A stretch of 63,614 bases of DNA, filler included, from Nemertoderma westbladi (GCA_032718475.1; 5 parts of 5 records of this genome joined end to end with filler, not necessarily neighbours in it), one strand, 5' to 3'; counted from the first letter of the whole stretch, positions 1 to 13,809 are shown. Notes: a model not told the origin generated them from the sequence alone. Translations and numbers: made by a program.

Positions 1-1321
1 CAAACGAATCAGTTATCCCACAAAAGCTTTTACACAATATCTACTGATTATATGTGATTAATTTTCTGGATTTATTTGAATACGCTATACAAATGCAGTT
101 GGAATTCCTGGTATACGTTCATTCCACCGTTTTCATGTCACCACCGATGGCAAACTTGAATTCCGCCACAAGTCTTCAAGCTCTAAATGTTCTGCATCAA
201 ATACTTCATACACGACAGACCAATGGGTCGTTGTGTCCTATGAAGGTGAAGAGTATCCAGGAGAGATACAAGAGCCTCCATCAAATGGATATATGCGTGT
301 CAAAGTGATGGAGAGGGCTCGAGGACATTATCGTTGGCCTTGCATTAATGATATGCATACATATCTTCTTGATGATGTCATATCAGTAATTATTAGTCCT
401 CCTGTACCAGTTGGCAATCGTGAACAATTCAAATTCACAGAAGTTGAGTGTTAGTACATAGAACTGAAAACTTATCAAAATTGTTATTTATGTAGCTCTA
501 TATACATGTTTGGTATTAAAACGTACCAAACTATACTCAGCTCCACTTGGTGAACTAATTGAAACATATTTTTAAGACCAACTGAAATGTAGAGCAATAC
601 AGCAGTGAAACAAGTCGGCGAAATCCGAACTATGTTATACAAATTTAAATGCTGTTATTGATTAACAAGAAGTGTCTGTTTTTAGTTAAAATTTCTGCAG
701 GTTATTTGCAATATATATGTGGTAGTATTTCGATTTTGAAATATTTCCGAATATGTAGAGCAAATCTGGAGAAGAACAAAGTTATGGAATTTCGCGAAAA
801 TTAGTACATTTTTGAAAAACAAATGCGAATATAAATCCACTACTTACTTGTTACTGGTTGACACGTGGTAAACCTCTTTGTTACATACAAATCTTTCAAT
901 ATTTAAAGTTTTGAGTACCAACTGACATATAGAGATAATAAAATGGTGGTGGCAAATTTAACATTTTGCTTAATATGGTAAACACCTGGGAGTCTGTCAC
1001 AGTGCTCTACATGCTAGTTGATATTCCAAATTTCACATGTTTCCTAAACCACTTAAGAATAAACCTGTAAAATTAAAATGTCCAACTATTAGGTAGAGTT
1101 GAGATTAGCCATTTTGCAATTTGGTGAGTTTTAAAATGCCAAAAAAAGTACCAAAATTTAAAATGCCAATATCTTGAGTTGTCTTTGACCAAATGCCTTA
1201 AAATTTTGGCTGTGAAGCTATTTCGGCATCAAGCTCCATGTATTGTGTAATTTCTAAGGATTTTGAATAACATGTGCCCCACCACTTGCTAACTATTGGT
1301 TGATTTTGGCAGGAATGACCC
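1..1321 (+). mobile_element. 3' part of a decayed DNA transposon (transposase C-terminus to ~454; possible terminus ...GGCAGGAATGACCC at ~1321), possibly Sola2-like
   Basis: Frameshifted peptides 'AVGIPGIRSFHRF' (~95-135) and 'YEGEEYPGEI...YRWPCIND...SPP...QFKF' resemble C-termini of invertebrate DNA transposases. Right end reads GGGTCATTCC on the minus strand. The left TIR is outside the window, so superfamily is inference. Confidence 0.4.
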
Positions 1322-1472
1322 CCACTATGGAGGAAACATTCGCCACAACAGATGCTATAGTTGCCACAACGGAGGAAACAATCGCCACAACAGATGCTAT
1401 AGTTGCCACAATATGGGGAAACAAAAACAATCGACACAACAGATGTTATAGTTGCCACAACTGAGGAAACAC
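1322..1472. repeat. ~42-bp degenerate tandem repeat, ~3.5 copies
   Basis: Unit ~GGAGGAAACAATCGCCACAACAGATGCTATAGTTGCCACAAC, seen directly. Confidence 0.8.
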
Positions 1473-1508
1473 TCACATTACTACTAACATTAACAGTGGG
1501 CGCTCTAT

Positions 1509-4500
1509 CATGGCCTACTATATTATACGGCCTGATAGGTCACCTTATCAGGCCTCGAAAATCAAGGCCATTAGTTTTAGAATTTGGATTGTGTTACCTG
1601 TTGTCTGTCTGACTGACTCATGCTGGATGCGGTACAGGGTAGGCCTACCGGTACAGGCAGACAGGTCAGCAGTTACTACTGTAATACTGTAATATAATCC
1701 GCTGTCAGTATTGTCCATTGTCAGAGTCTCAGGCTGTGTGTGTCTGTATACATACCTACCTAGTTACCGGTAGTTGGTCATGCCAAAACCATAGGCCTAA
1801 GTAATATTGTCATGCCCTTCTAATTAGATTAGAGCCTCAGCACCATTCGGGCTGTAGGAGTGTAAGGTTAGGGTTACAGGTTATGTACCGGTAACAATTT
1901 TAATTATGGTTTATCGGGACGCCGCTCTTGTAAGGTTGTAAGTTCAGACCCTAACCTCGACCCTTCAACCTGCATCAGAAAGCGAGATTTGCAATTTGCT
2001 CTGGAGGTAACTGGGCTGCTGGGTAGGCATCCAATACAGTAATACCAAATACAACGCACAACAGTAGCCTAGACTAAACTGCTAAATGTTTTGTCAGTAA
2101 ATTCAATGCTCAGTATGGTTAATAAATGCTGTATATATAATTGTAAAACCGGGTATAAAGGTCAGCCTCGGAAGCCAAGCTTTATTTTCCCCAGCAATGA
2201 GGATTTAAAACAGCGATGGGTTAAATTCGTGAACAGGCAAGATTTTTCGGTTTCAACTCATTCGTGAATCTGCAGTGATCATTTTGAACAGCAATTCCTT
2301 AAGATAACACCAGCTGGAAATGTTGCTTTAGACTGGTCTCTTGCGCCAGTACCAAATATCGCGACTCCAGGAACACCAGATTCTTTAACACCTACTGTTA
2401 AACAGCCACGGAAGGAGCCAACGCCTAGAGTTTACCAACCCGACGAAATAAAGGAATTCAATAGCCGGTATAAAGTCTCAACTTTCGCAGACCTAACCAT
2501 CAATTGCTGTCCTTCTGGTTATACGTTTGACAAAAATGAGGATAGATTACTTCTTTATCGGTTGGAAATAGATGGCGAGCGTGGGATGCCTAAACTCTGG
2601 GAGGTTATTAAAATAACGCCCGATCTGCATGTAAAACTTGATTATGCTCAGCGACCAGTTCCATTGCCAGTTTGGTTTACGAAATCTTCCTCTGTGAATG
2701 AAGTTGACCAATTTGACGCAAATTGAAAACTTTGTCACCTATTTGCGCAACATTGGAAACTTGAATCGTTTGCATATTTTTGAAGAGGTATTGAAAGTGC
2801 AACATTATGATAAATACGGCAGACCACCTTATTCTCATAACGTTATCCGTTTCGCTCTTATGATGCGTTACACATCAGCTCAATCTTATCGATTATTACT
2901 AAAGGAGGTAAAATTGCCTTCAATATCGGTATTAAATAAACTCCAATCTGGTGGTGCGGATGCCTTACGAGCTCTTTCGGCTTTGATCGAAAAAGGGACT
3001 ATAGATAAGGATGTTGTATTATTAATAGATGGAATGAAATTCGAGAAAGCCGTAACTAACAGCCAAGGCGAACTTATAGGAATGAATAGTAAAGGAGTTT
3101 TATACACAAAGATTGTTTGTTTTATGGACGTTAGTCTGATGAATGGAGTTTCTTACATTGTCCATTCAGTACCTATAGTAAGCCTCAGATCTAGTTGGCA
3201 AACCGATGAAACCGTTTCTGTTCTTCAACAATGTCTAGACATTGGTCTAAAGGTACGTGCTATAATAACCGATAATCTGTCGGTTAATGTCTCCATGTTT
3301 GCAAACCTATTTAAAAAGTATCACACACTAGAATGTCATTGAAGTTATCCACTTGACAACTTAATGAACCATGTAATAACTGTCAGTGGATTCAAGGTTT
3401 ACTTACTCTACGATAACGTGCATTTATTAAAGAATTTACGAAACAGTCTTCTAAATGGGAAAGTATTTTATTTTCCAGCATTTTGTTTTAATGCTTTTAA
3501 AGATATCATATCTTTGCCTAAGGGTCAATGTCGGTGGAAAGATCTCTTTGACTTGCACGATAAAGATCAGCTAGATTCCCATTTGCACATGGCCCCCAAG
3601 TTAACATACAGAGCAATCCACCCAGGCCAGGCAACAATAAACTGTCAGTACCGCTGGCATTGGCTATTTTCGATGAGCAGACTACAGTCGCTATGTTGAG
3701 ATATTTTCCCAACCGAATTTCCTCAGCTAAGTTTTTATCGCTTATTCATAACTGGTGGATCATTAGCAATTCCAAACAAAGATACCATCCCAACAATTAT
3801 CTCGGAAATGCAGTTGAACAGGGTGATAACAAAACTACGTTTTTTCGCGTTTTGGCAGACTGGATTAGTACTTGGCAATTGGGTAATACGTACGATAGCT
3901 GGCGTGGGAACAGATTAACACCACAGGCGGGAGATGCCTTCATTCAAACGCTACGTGGCTCAGCAGATTTGATTGATGATTTATTGGCTGAATGATTTCA
4001 GTATGTGTTAACATCTAGACTAAGTTCGGACCCTCTCGAATTGAGATATTCAAATATAGACAAATGAGTGGCGGGCGTTTTTTGGTTTCTTTACTAGAGG
4101 TAAACAATTCTGAACGTATTTCCCGTTTAAGTACTCTCTTGCATAGCGAAATCGATTTCTGGGCTGAGGATTCTATAAAGCCTGATGCCCGCAAGGAAGT
4201 TGAATCATTTCATGAATTTGACATTGCTGTACGCTGCTCAGAAAACTCTATTCTAGAATCGCAAATTCAAGGTGAAAGTCTAGAAGTTGTAAGATACATT
4301 GCTGGTTATTTAATTAGAAAACTGCATAGTAAGGATTCTAAGGAGTTCAAATCCTGCAAGTACTGCCCCACTTTAGTTATGGTAGAAGTTGAAGATTCTA
4401 TTTCTAGTGAGTCGAACGAATAAATTAATATCCTCAACCGAAGTGGACTTAAAGTTCTGAGTGATGAGTTCACTAATAGCATAGCCAGCTGCTTTATTAG

Positions 4501-5236
4501 GCTGGAATGTGTAGAAACTTTATTTTATAGTTCTACAGTTCCTGCACGAAAGTTAGCATTACATTTTTTAAAGACATGGTCTATACCACTCTGAAGATAT
4601 TTCTTTTTGTGATAACCATAATCATCTAGTAGACATATTGCACCGCACTATTGTTAATATTTTTTTCAACAATACACAGTGCGACAAAACTGACGAAAGG
4701 CGCGTAGATAGTATCAGAAGTTTTAAGGAAAGACAGCTATTAAAGGATAAGTAATTAAATTGTGATTAAATGAATTATTGAATTACTACGTATTAACATA
4801 TTTATTATTGCAGCTAATTTACCTTAATCCTTATCTCACTTCCATCCTTCATTTCAATATTTCACTCGCTTCGCTCGTTCATGTAAATATTTACAGCTGG
4901 GACTTGTTTGAGATACAAGTACTACGTTTATACACAATGAGATATATAGTTTTGACAACATAACTTTGAATCTCATCACTTTTCCTATACTTAAAGCGAA
5001 ATTCATTACCTTTTTATATTATATCTATCTATAATATATTAGTTATAAATAAGAAAAAAAAATATTATTTCCACATTGATCTACATTGTAGACCTACATC
5101 GATTATTCTCTACATCTTTGTATTTAAACATTATTTATAGTGTCTCTAAAAGAGTAAATAACAGACTAACACAATGGCCTTGATTTTCGAGGCCTGATAA
5201 GGTGACCTATCAGGCTGTATAATATAGTAGGCCATG
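1509..5236 (+). mobile_element. Full-length P-superfamily (THAP) DNA transposon
   Basis: 64-bp TIRs at 1509-1572 and 5173-5236 (1 mismatch, start CATGG). 7-bp TSD GCTCTAT at 1502-1508 and 5237-5243. Internal THAP plus P-type transposase. Confidence 0.93.
2115..4754 (+). pseudogene. THAP-domain P-element transposase with several stops and frameshifts
   Basis: From ATG 2115: MVNKCCIYNC...FP...RW...S*ICSDHF...PVP (C2CH THAP). Then LLID, TDN...N, D-x2-H 'YDNVHLLKNLRN', 'SDPLE..Y...RQMSGG' and 'YIAGY', all P-transposase motifs. Confidence 0.9.
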
Positions 5237-5243
5237 GCTCTAT

Positions 5244-6515
5244 ATCTGATGTGTGGCATTGGTTCACCAACGGAGATAAACCGAACCTGAGGAAATCAGC
5301 CATATGTAAGCACTAAGTTGTCTGTTCATCACCATAAAAAAGCGAACTAGCAAAGTCTCACTTAAACAAGTGCAAGGAGTTTGCACATACTATGACTGGA
5401 ATAAATATTTCCGATCACCCTATCTGGTTCGTTTCTCGGTATACTAGAGTTGAAGTTCAGAATCTTCCAAGGGAATCTTCCAGGTCTCAGATTGGTACTG
5501 CTGGTACATCATCGTCATTTGCAGCTGCACAGCAAGGGTTGCAGTTGCAGCTATCATTGTTATGGTCTTATGTCATACCGAGTCTGACTAAGTCAGAACA
5601 AATTGACTTCAATAAAAAAATTTGGAATGTTTATGTACAATACTGCAACTTCGTTTATTAGGCCTGATGATCCTAATTTGAAGAAAGCTTTTGATATCTG
5701 TCGCCCGGGAATGACATTACTGGATCGAAAGCAACTTGCTGGTACACTATTAGATGATTGTTATGCAAATGTCAAAAATGATGTCGATAAACACTTATCG
5801 CGTATAGATTGTTTGTGCGTCGGCACAGATGCCTGGACAATTGTGAATGGAGATCTGCTTGTGAACAATATGGTTGCAGCTGATCCAAATACATTGTTTT
5901 TGGAATCAGTTGCAACTGGTGAGCAATCACACAACAGCCAGTGGATGGCTCAGGACCTATTCCGGGTTATCAATGGTTTCGATGAAGGTAATACAACCAT
6001 AGCTGGTGCTGTCACAGACAGCACCAATGCGAATAAACTGACTTGGGAAATATTGGAAGATCACTATCCGACTAAGTTCTTTCATGGATGTGCAGCCCAT
6101 GGCTTGTACCTTTTAGTTAAAGATATAATTGCTGCTCCAAAGACGAGAAAGCAAGGGGCGAGCAAATCGACCTATCCGGATGGTTATCCATTCGAACCAC
6201 TTGTTGAATTCGCGACTCAATGTAAGAACATTGTAATTTTCTTTAAGAATCACCACGCTTTCAATTCTAAACTACTGTACACTGCCCAGTGAGCAGCTGG
6301 CTTCAAAAACCTGGTGATGCCAGTTTTAACTCGATTGGGTTCGTTTACAAACTGTTTCTCTACATTATTGCAGTCAGAGAAATTGTCAACATGAGGGACT
6401 TTGTGTGCAAAGCACCACCTAGCCAATGCGAGTCCCGCCAACAACTAAAGGATATTATAACTGATGAAGGTTTTGTACCATTGTTAAATAAATGTGTATT
6501 AATCTTAAGTCCATG
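5244..6515 (+). pseudogene. hAT transposase remnant (BED finger plus DUF659-like core), split from its first codons by the P element
   Basis: SDVWHWF...CKH...H...HLNKC (BED-like), 'GTDAWT', 'VTDSTNAN', 'GCAAHGLYLLVKD' (C-x2-H). Frameshifted and 3'-truncated. Confidence 0.85.
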
Positions 6516-6619
6516 CAGTGTGGCATGTGTCTATAGGAACAACCTTAAAGTTAATAATCAAACTAATGTTCACTTATTTTACTCGTCATTTGAATATTTG
6601 TAGTTCACAATATTACTAT

Positions 6620-6900
6620 CTGGTGTGCTTTTTTGTATATGTGTTATATATAGAACTTGCCCGAACAAAAAGAATGGCCAGTCTGAATGCATTATTTATG
6701 GATCAGTTCTCCGATTATTTACATCTTTCAGTTGCTCCCAGAAAATTAATTTTGGTAGGGCATTTCAATTTCATATAAACAAATCGGATCACGGATCACG
6801 ATGTATCAGAATTCTGTAACTTATGTAAATGTTTTGGTCTAACACAGCATGTTGTCGGACCCACACATCGGTCTGGAAATACTCTTGATCATGTGTGGAC
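6620..6900 (+). pseudogene. AP-endonuclease fragment of a non-LTR retrotransposon (L2/CR1 type)
   Basis: 'IYR.....LILVGHFNFH...GLTQHVVGPTHRSGNTLDHVW' matches the GDFN / PTH..G.TLD motifs. Confidence 0.7.
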
Positions 6901-7189
6901 CGGTGGCTGGTACAATACTATTACAATGGTGTCTAAGTCATGTAAAAATATACTTAATAATTCGCAATATCCATTAGAAAATTGAATAGTATCCGTGATG
7001 GCTACATCATTTCTCAGATAAATGTGTGTGTCATTGAATATAATGGGACCTTTCCTGGAAATTCCATGCATGGTAATTCTAAATATAGTTTATCCGAGGG
7101 ATATATTTGCATTATATTTGCAATATATTTCCCTGAAGTGATGGAAAATATAGGTAACGAATGCAAGCAGAAAAACTGCCACGCCATAT

Positions 7190-8215
7190 ATATATAGATA
7201 TGGTGGAAAATCATTCATTTATGGCCCCGAAGAAAATTTAAACAGGTGAGAGACAAAAAATATCATGACAAAGTTAAATATGGTGTTGATATTCCACTGA
7301 AAAACGTAACAGACGTAGTTCTAGCCTTAATTTCTACAGTAAATTGTAATCCAATGGTGCAAGAAGTTATTTCGACGAAAAATAAATCCGCAAGTAAGTG
7401 TAATACTTTTACTCAGATGAACAATTCGCAGATCTGACCCAAAATGTTTTTGAATCTTTGGATGATGATTTTATATTAGGAGTTGATAGGACATTTAACC
7501 TTGGAGCATCTTTCGTTACTTCTCTCATGTGTAAAAATCATTCGGTGTACCATAGAGAAACGTCCGAATTTCCATTGTTCTTGGGTTCAGTGCTTTTGCA
7601 TTTCGAAGCAGACTTCGAGACTTACAATAACATTTATATCCCATGTCAGATCAAAATTGTCATCGACAAATGTTGTTTTCGAAGTAAAGGTAGGTTATGA
7701 TCAAGAAAAGGGCATTACTAAGGCGATCAAAACTAATTTCCCTTAGTCTTAACTTGTGTTATGTTCACTGCATTTAAAAGAAAATGTTTCCCGCTATCTC
7801 TCCAATAAGTGTGGATGTCCATCGAAGGACAGACTTGCGATTAAAGACATTTTGTTTGGAGAAGATGGCCTTGCCAGGAGCTTGGATTAATTTACCTTTG
7901 AGGCCAGAGCAGGGTCATTAGCTCCGTATTTTAAAAAGTTCCCAGTATTCCAGAAGTATTTCAATACATATGTAAGACATGTACTTTACGAATACGTGTG
8001 TGTGCCCTTCCAAAAAGGTAAATCTGGAAATTTGTGGAGAAACAATAATTGTGAGTCACTTAATAATATCCTAAAACTAGACATTGATTGGAAGCCACAG
8101 AAACTACATGATCTAGTTAAAACTATCACTGGCGTAACAAAGTTACAAATGATTGATTTGCGTCATGCACTATATGGTTGCAGCAACTATACTCTGGCAC
8201 CACGCTTTAGGTTAG
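7190..8215 (+). pseudogene. Mutator-like (MULE) DDE transposase remnant
   Basis: 'GVDRTFNLG..FVT', 'P.FLG..LLH', 'GYDQEKG...A....FP', 'LCSLHLKEN' (C-x2-H) and 'WRNNNCESLNN' across several frames. Confidence 0.7.
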
Positions 8216-8503
8216 GTTCGTAGTTTAATAATATTGGTAATACAGATAACCATCCAGTTACAAATTTATTAATTTGGCTAACCAGCAGTAAATTAATTTA
8301 GGGAAATTAAGAGGTTACAATTTGGTTTTCTTACAACATTAAAAACCATAACCGTTAAAACTATCTGGCTCGGGGTATTTTTACTTCGGACCGGGGGGTG
8401 GGTCATTTTATAAATTTTTAGCATTAAAAATATTGGAGAGGCGTGTAAGAATGTAACTACAGCACAAAAATTGAGACAGGGGGGGGGGGGGGGGGTGGGG
8501 AGG

Positions 8504-10230
8504 GAATGTAGAGCTGTATCATCAGCGTACAGACTTATATTGTTTGAAACTATGTCAACAATATCGTTTATAAAAACGAGAAAAAGAATAGGTCCAAGAA
8601 CAGATCCCTGAGGAACGCCTGCTAAGACTGCTAAGAAGACTGATCGAGATCCATTCACCATTACGCATTGAAAGTTGTCCTGTAAATAACTTTGAAGCCA
8701 CTTAAGCATGGCACCGCCGATACCCATGCATTCGAGTTTATGGAGAAGGCTCCTATGATGTCATATAATGCGGATTTCTTTGCCTTTATCAAGTGAACTT
8801 ACCAAGGCATTGTATAGAGTGATTAGCTGATACACAGTCCCATCTCCACGTGTAAAACCAGATTGATGTTTAGATATAAAATCCCGGATATGATTATATA
8901 AAATTTTATCTATAGATCTCTCGAATAATTTCCCCAGATTACTTGTTAAGGCTATCGGCCTAAAACTGGGAGGAATATTAATGAGTTCATTTTTCAATAA
9001 AGGTGTTACCAATCGTTGCTTCCAACTAAGTGGATGCTAGCCTTTATTAAATATAAACTGAAACAATTTAGTTACCTCACTCAAGATAGAAGCCACATTT
9101 TAACATTTTGTTGGAAATTAGGTCACCTGGACTGGACAAGTGGCACCATCAGCTTTTATAATTTTAATATCTTTTAGAATGTTGGCTTCTGAAAATTCCA
9201 TTGTAGTTAGAAGTGGCTCGGGCATTGCAGTTAACGGCAGTATAAAATTTGGGTCATTAACATTAAACTGTTCACAAAAATATAAATTAAATGCTTCAAC
9301 CTTTTCTGCTGATATCACTGCAACATTATTATTGTAAATAATTGGTGGAATTTCGAACAGTACATCTTTACCCATCAAGCACTTGCAAATAGTCCACCAT
9401 TGTTTGCATGTGGAGTAAAGTTTTTCAGATAGTTTAGAAAAATAATTAAGTTTTGCCAACCAACATTCTGAAATATATTTATTTTGGGTGTTTCGAAAAT
9501 GTATCCAGACCTGCTGTGTTTGGATACCTACACACTGCTTCGCTGTTTTGTGCAACCTATTCTTTTGACGTGCTAGGTGATGCAAATATGTATAGTATAG
9601 TACCAGGGTTTATCATTTGGACGAATTGTAACTAGTTTGTTTGGTATGGTGGCGCTAGCACAGGCAATTAATTTTGAAGTCCAGCCTGATACAACATTGT
9701 CCACAGAGTCATCTGTGCTATACAAGCTATCCCAGTCAGCTTCTTGTAAACTACTTTGGAAACGAGAATAATTTGCATAATTATAGAGCCAGACACGTCT
9801 GTTGAAGGCATGTTCCCTTTTTACAGTTACATTGTAATTAAATGAAACAACAGAGTTGTCACTGGACCCAAAAGGACTGGAAACATTAACGCCCGTGACT
9901 GTATTGGTTACTGTTGTCATTATTGGCATTAATAAAGTTGCACTTGTAGCAGTAATCCTGGTTGGTTCATTTACCCATTGGTACAGGGCCTGACGAGAAA
10001 TTAATTTTTGTAATTGTTTACATTTTGATGCAATCAATAGGTCCTGGTTAAAATCACCCAATACAATTACCTCATCGAAACCCCTACCTTTACCTTCAGA
10101 GATCATCGTATTCATATCTTCCCAAAAAGTGGGGTCTGTGTGCTCAGGGCGGTAACAAAGACATATTAAAATTTTACGACTGCTAATAGTGCAAGAACAC
10201 CACAAACATTCGAACTGGGGGAACATATTT
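8504..10230 (-). pseudogene. LINE ORF2 (CR1/L2 group; endonuclease plus RT), decayed and cut just after YADD
   Basis: 'CYRP', 'GDFN', 'EPTR', 'FRPIALTS..GKLFE', 'HQSGF', 'GVPQGSVLGPILFLVFIND', 'LYADDT'. Ends at a G-run (8479-8503). Confidence 0.9.
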
Positions 10231-11229
10231 TCGAAAGTGTGCTTTTTTGCTTAGCATAAATTGTGAGTCACTGTGAGTACTGTTAAACCAACTCTCTACA
10301 AAGGCGACAATATCGTAGTGTGTTAATAACAGATAACATACACCTCAAGGTAAACAACACAGAATGAGGATATGGCATATTTAGCATTGATTTGTATATG
10401 AAGTACCACAAATATGCTAAAATTATTGGCAACAATAATCTTGCTGCCTTCATCACCTCGCAACTTGCAGTATGTGACACGGCTGTGCCGTACCCTTCCC
10501 ACCACCACTACAGTTATTAGAATGAAAGAAAAGAAAGTGTTAATATGTGCCAGAATGATGTATATTATAATGTTGGTTTTTAATAGACTTATCAGTACAA
10601 ATAAGTTTCCTTGTTAGAATGTTATTTGTTTGTTACACAAGCGTACCTGAATGACTATAACATATAGATACTCACAAGTCGAGTCAGAACTTAACGAGCA
10701 GCTCAGTAAATTTATCGGATCGTAGCGTGTCCAGTATGTTGGAGACGTCGGGTATTCCTGTCTTCCTGGATGTCTGAATGCAAGCCGATGTCGGTGCAGA
10801 CACAATAATGTCGATGTTATAGAATAAGCTAAATTTATATATTATCACCCTCGCAAATATTGTGTTACTGTATGTAGTGCGTACAGTACAGAAAGGGAAT
10901 TTTGTGTTTTTAGTTTTATATATATACTGTATGTGTTGTGATTTACCCATTTACCGGTACTACAATTAGTTGTCATGTTGTAATCTGTTGTCACGGTTTA
11001 TGTTACAGTGTTAGTACTTTTGTCTGTCTGATAACAATGTCTGCAACGCATACCGCAGTACAACGGTACTACGCAGCTGTGATATTGCTACTGCATTTAC
11101 TATAACACGGTCTGATTCACTAACTGTATTCGATTTTAATTGAACGTTTAAACTGGAATTATTATAACAAGTAACAGATTGAAGGAGAAACTTTCCCTTT
11201 TTGTACCCGAACCCAATGGAATCGAACCA

Positions 11230-11982
11230 ATTCCACAACAGTCGATAAGTGTAGATGGGTGGACAATTCGCTCCACATTCCCAGTGACGGTCTTGGCTTA
11301 TATGTTGCCATCTCTTGTCCATGAATCAGAGTTAATCTTAGCTTTGGTTGCTCGTCTTGCTTCGTAATATAAGGCGGAGCGGAGGAGAGTTAAACATTCA
11401 GTTCCATAAACTTGATCTTCCTTAAAACCCTTGTCTTTAATTTGTTGCGAGATTTAAACCAAGTAGCACGTTCGTTGTATGTAGCAAACTTCAAATATAA
11501 TATAACTGATTATTATTACGACTTGGGTGAAATCGCGAGAATGACTTCTTTAAGTGAAAGTCAGAAATTTGATAGCAAGAAGCAACATCTTTGAGGATGG
11601 AAGAAATATCGGCAACCTTTTTAGCTAATGGCTTGGCAATATAGGGACCCGATAAAGTCAGGGTTTGATGACGTTGGTATTGACTGTCGGAGTCGACCTT
11701 AAGCACCAGCTTGGAGAAAGCAGATGCATAATTTTTACATAATGTACACTGGGAATCTAACTTCGCATTAATCAATAGTAAGAAACCATCAAGCTTAGCA
11801 TCGAGTTGGGCATCCAGTTTCGCCTCCAGTTTATTCAGAAGAACATCGGAGAACGCCTGCAAAGTTGATGACCGGGATGGCCCAGAGCCAGGGCCATGCA
11901 GAATACCAGTAAAATCATCAGAAGCTTCGACGACACTACTAACACGCTTCGCATCAGGTGAGGCAGCTGATGATGAAATCAA
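11230..11982 (-). pseudogene. LINE ORF1 remnant, probably of the same element as 8504-10230
   Basis: Coiled-coil 'LLNKLEAKLDAQLDAKLD', 'SQYQR..TL.LSG', and C-terminal 'SWTRDGNI' typical of CR1/L2 ORF1. Same strand as, and upstream of, ORF2. Confidence 0.65.
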
Positions 11983-12249
11983 GATTTCACTTAAATGGCG
12001 CTTATTTACCCATCAGGGCCATGGCGACTGCCAGCAACCACCGTGCAACCACTGCCACCAACGTGGGTTAATAGAGAGGAATAATTGGTGGAATTAGTAG
12101 GAAATGAGTTGTCTTCCATTAGTGTATTCTTTAAATAGTCTGGCAGTGTGCTAACAATTTGGCGGGTAGGCCTACAGCTTTACCAGTACACACAGTATAC
12201 TGCACATGTAGCAGGCATAGTTACATCAGATCAGATCCTAATCAGACCA

Positions 12250-12392
12250 GAAGGACCTAAGTTTCTATGGGAAGGATCTAAGTTCGTATGGGAAGGATCT
12301 AAGTTCGTATGGGAAGGATCTAAGTTCCTATGGGAAGGATCTAAGTTCGTATGGAAAGGATCTAAGTTCGTATGGGAAGGATCTAAGTTCGT
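12250..12392. repeat. 21-bp tandem repeat (GGAAGGATCTAAGTTCGTATG), ~7 copies
   Basis: Seen directly. The core GGATCTAAGTTCGTTTT recurs inverted near 59733-59749, suggesting a transposon subterminal motif. Confidence 0.9.
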
Positions 12393-13809
12393 TTTAATGT
12401 AAAGGAAAAAAAAATGTCCTTTTGAACTTCGTCGCATAATGCGACAGTAGCCGAAACGGGAGAGTAGCCGTATTGGGACAGTAGGAGTAGGCCTACCCCT
12501 AGCTGTAACACAACTTTTTCGGGTAGCCGTACCAACACGCCCCGATGTATCTTTCTCTTTCAAGATCTATTTCCCAGAAGAAATTACAGGCTTGCGATTG
12601 GGTGGGTAAAGAGAGCGTTCTACTGTTGAACTATTTGATTGGATTGTTTCCTCCATTAGGCACGAATTCTCCTTTGCTCACAAATATAAAATATCGACAA
12701 AAACGGATCCTTGGAATGTTAATTCACAAATTTTTCTGGTAGTAATCTGAACGTCTGTATAAGACAGTGAAGCCTGTACCTGCCTAGTCATTGCTTTATC
12801 TCATCTGGGTGGAAATTTTCCTTCCTCAGGTTTATTGTACTGTACATGCAGAAGAAGGTTGGAGGTGGTATTATTAAATATAAAATATGGAAGTAAGTCC
12901 CTTACCTTCTATTGTTTTACATAGGAAATTGTAAAGTGTTTGCTAAATAAAATGTTGTAATTAATATAGCCTGAACAAATAAAAAACATCGACCGAGCGA
13001 AAAACATCACCTGTAAGTTTTCATCTGATCTTAATGATGTGAAACAGCCTAGAGATTAGGATATCTACCGAAGAAATATTTTAGGTTTAAACTTTTTCTT
13101 TTATAAAAAAAAAAGGGTTACTATTTATTTTCATTCTTTTCTTTTCTTTATTTTTTTATCTCTTTTTTTGTGATGAAATCGTACGTAAATTATTATAAAT
13201 ATTAGGTATTCTTGGCAACGTTTATGTTATGGTATTAAGTGCGCGGTATTAACATCAAATAAGGTACTCTATATGGGGTTAAAAACTACCCCGATACCTG
13301 CACACTTACACTACACCTACTTGTAGGCAGGCTAGTAAAGGAGCAGGCCGGTTGAAAGGAACCGAAACGCAATAAACGAGAGTTGGTACTATTGTAGAAA
13401 ACCAAATTTAAAATCAACAGTCAGATATATATGTATGTGTAAGTGTAGGCGTTTATCCCCCTCTCTATGTAAATATCGATAGACATTAACAATTACATTT
13501 GGACAACATATACCAAAAACACAGATAGACATTAGCAGGGTAGCATCTGAAAGTCTGTATATTTTTCAAATATACTTTTATTACAATATCGTAAATTCTC
13601 GAGAACGAAACCGCATTAATATAAGAATAATATAAACAAACATAAATAAATTACAAAATACGAAATTTTTTTCCCGTCTTCCAGACCGTTTTAATGTATA
13701 AAAATGTATCATACATTCAATATAAACAGCAATATCATGGTCGGAAATTCAAATTCAACTGCAAACTGTTTTTACAGAGTAATTAAACAATCAATCGTTT
13801 CAGTCTCAT

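Noticed and set aside
13325-13385. Hammerhead ribozyme (CCGGTT...AACCGAAAC)
   Set aside because: GAAAC is present but there is no CTGANGA core.
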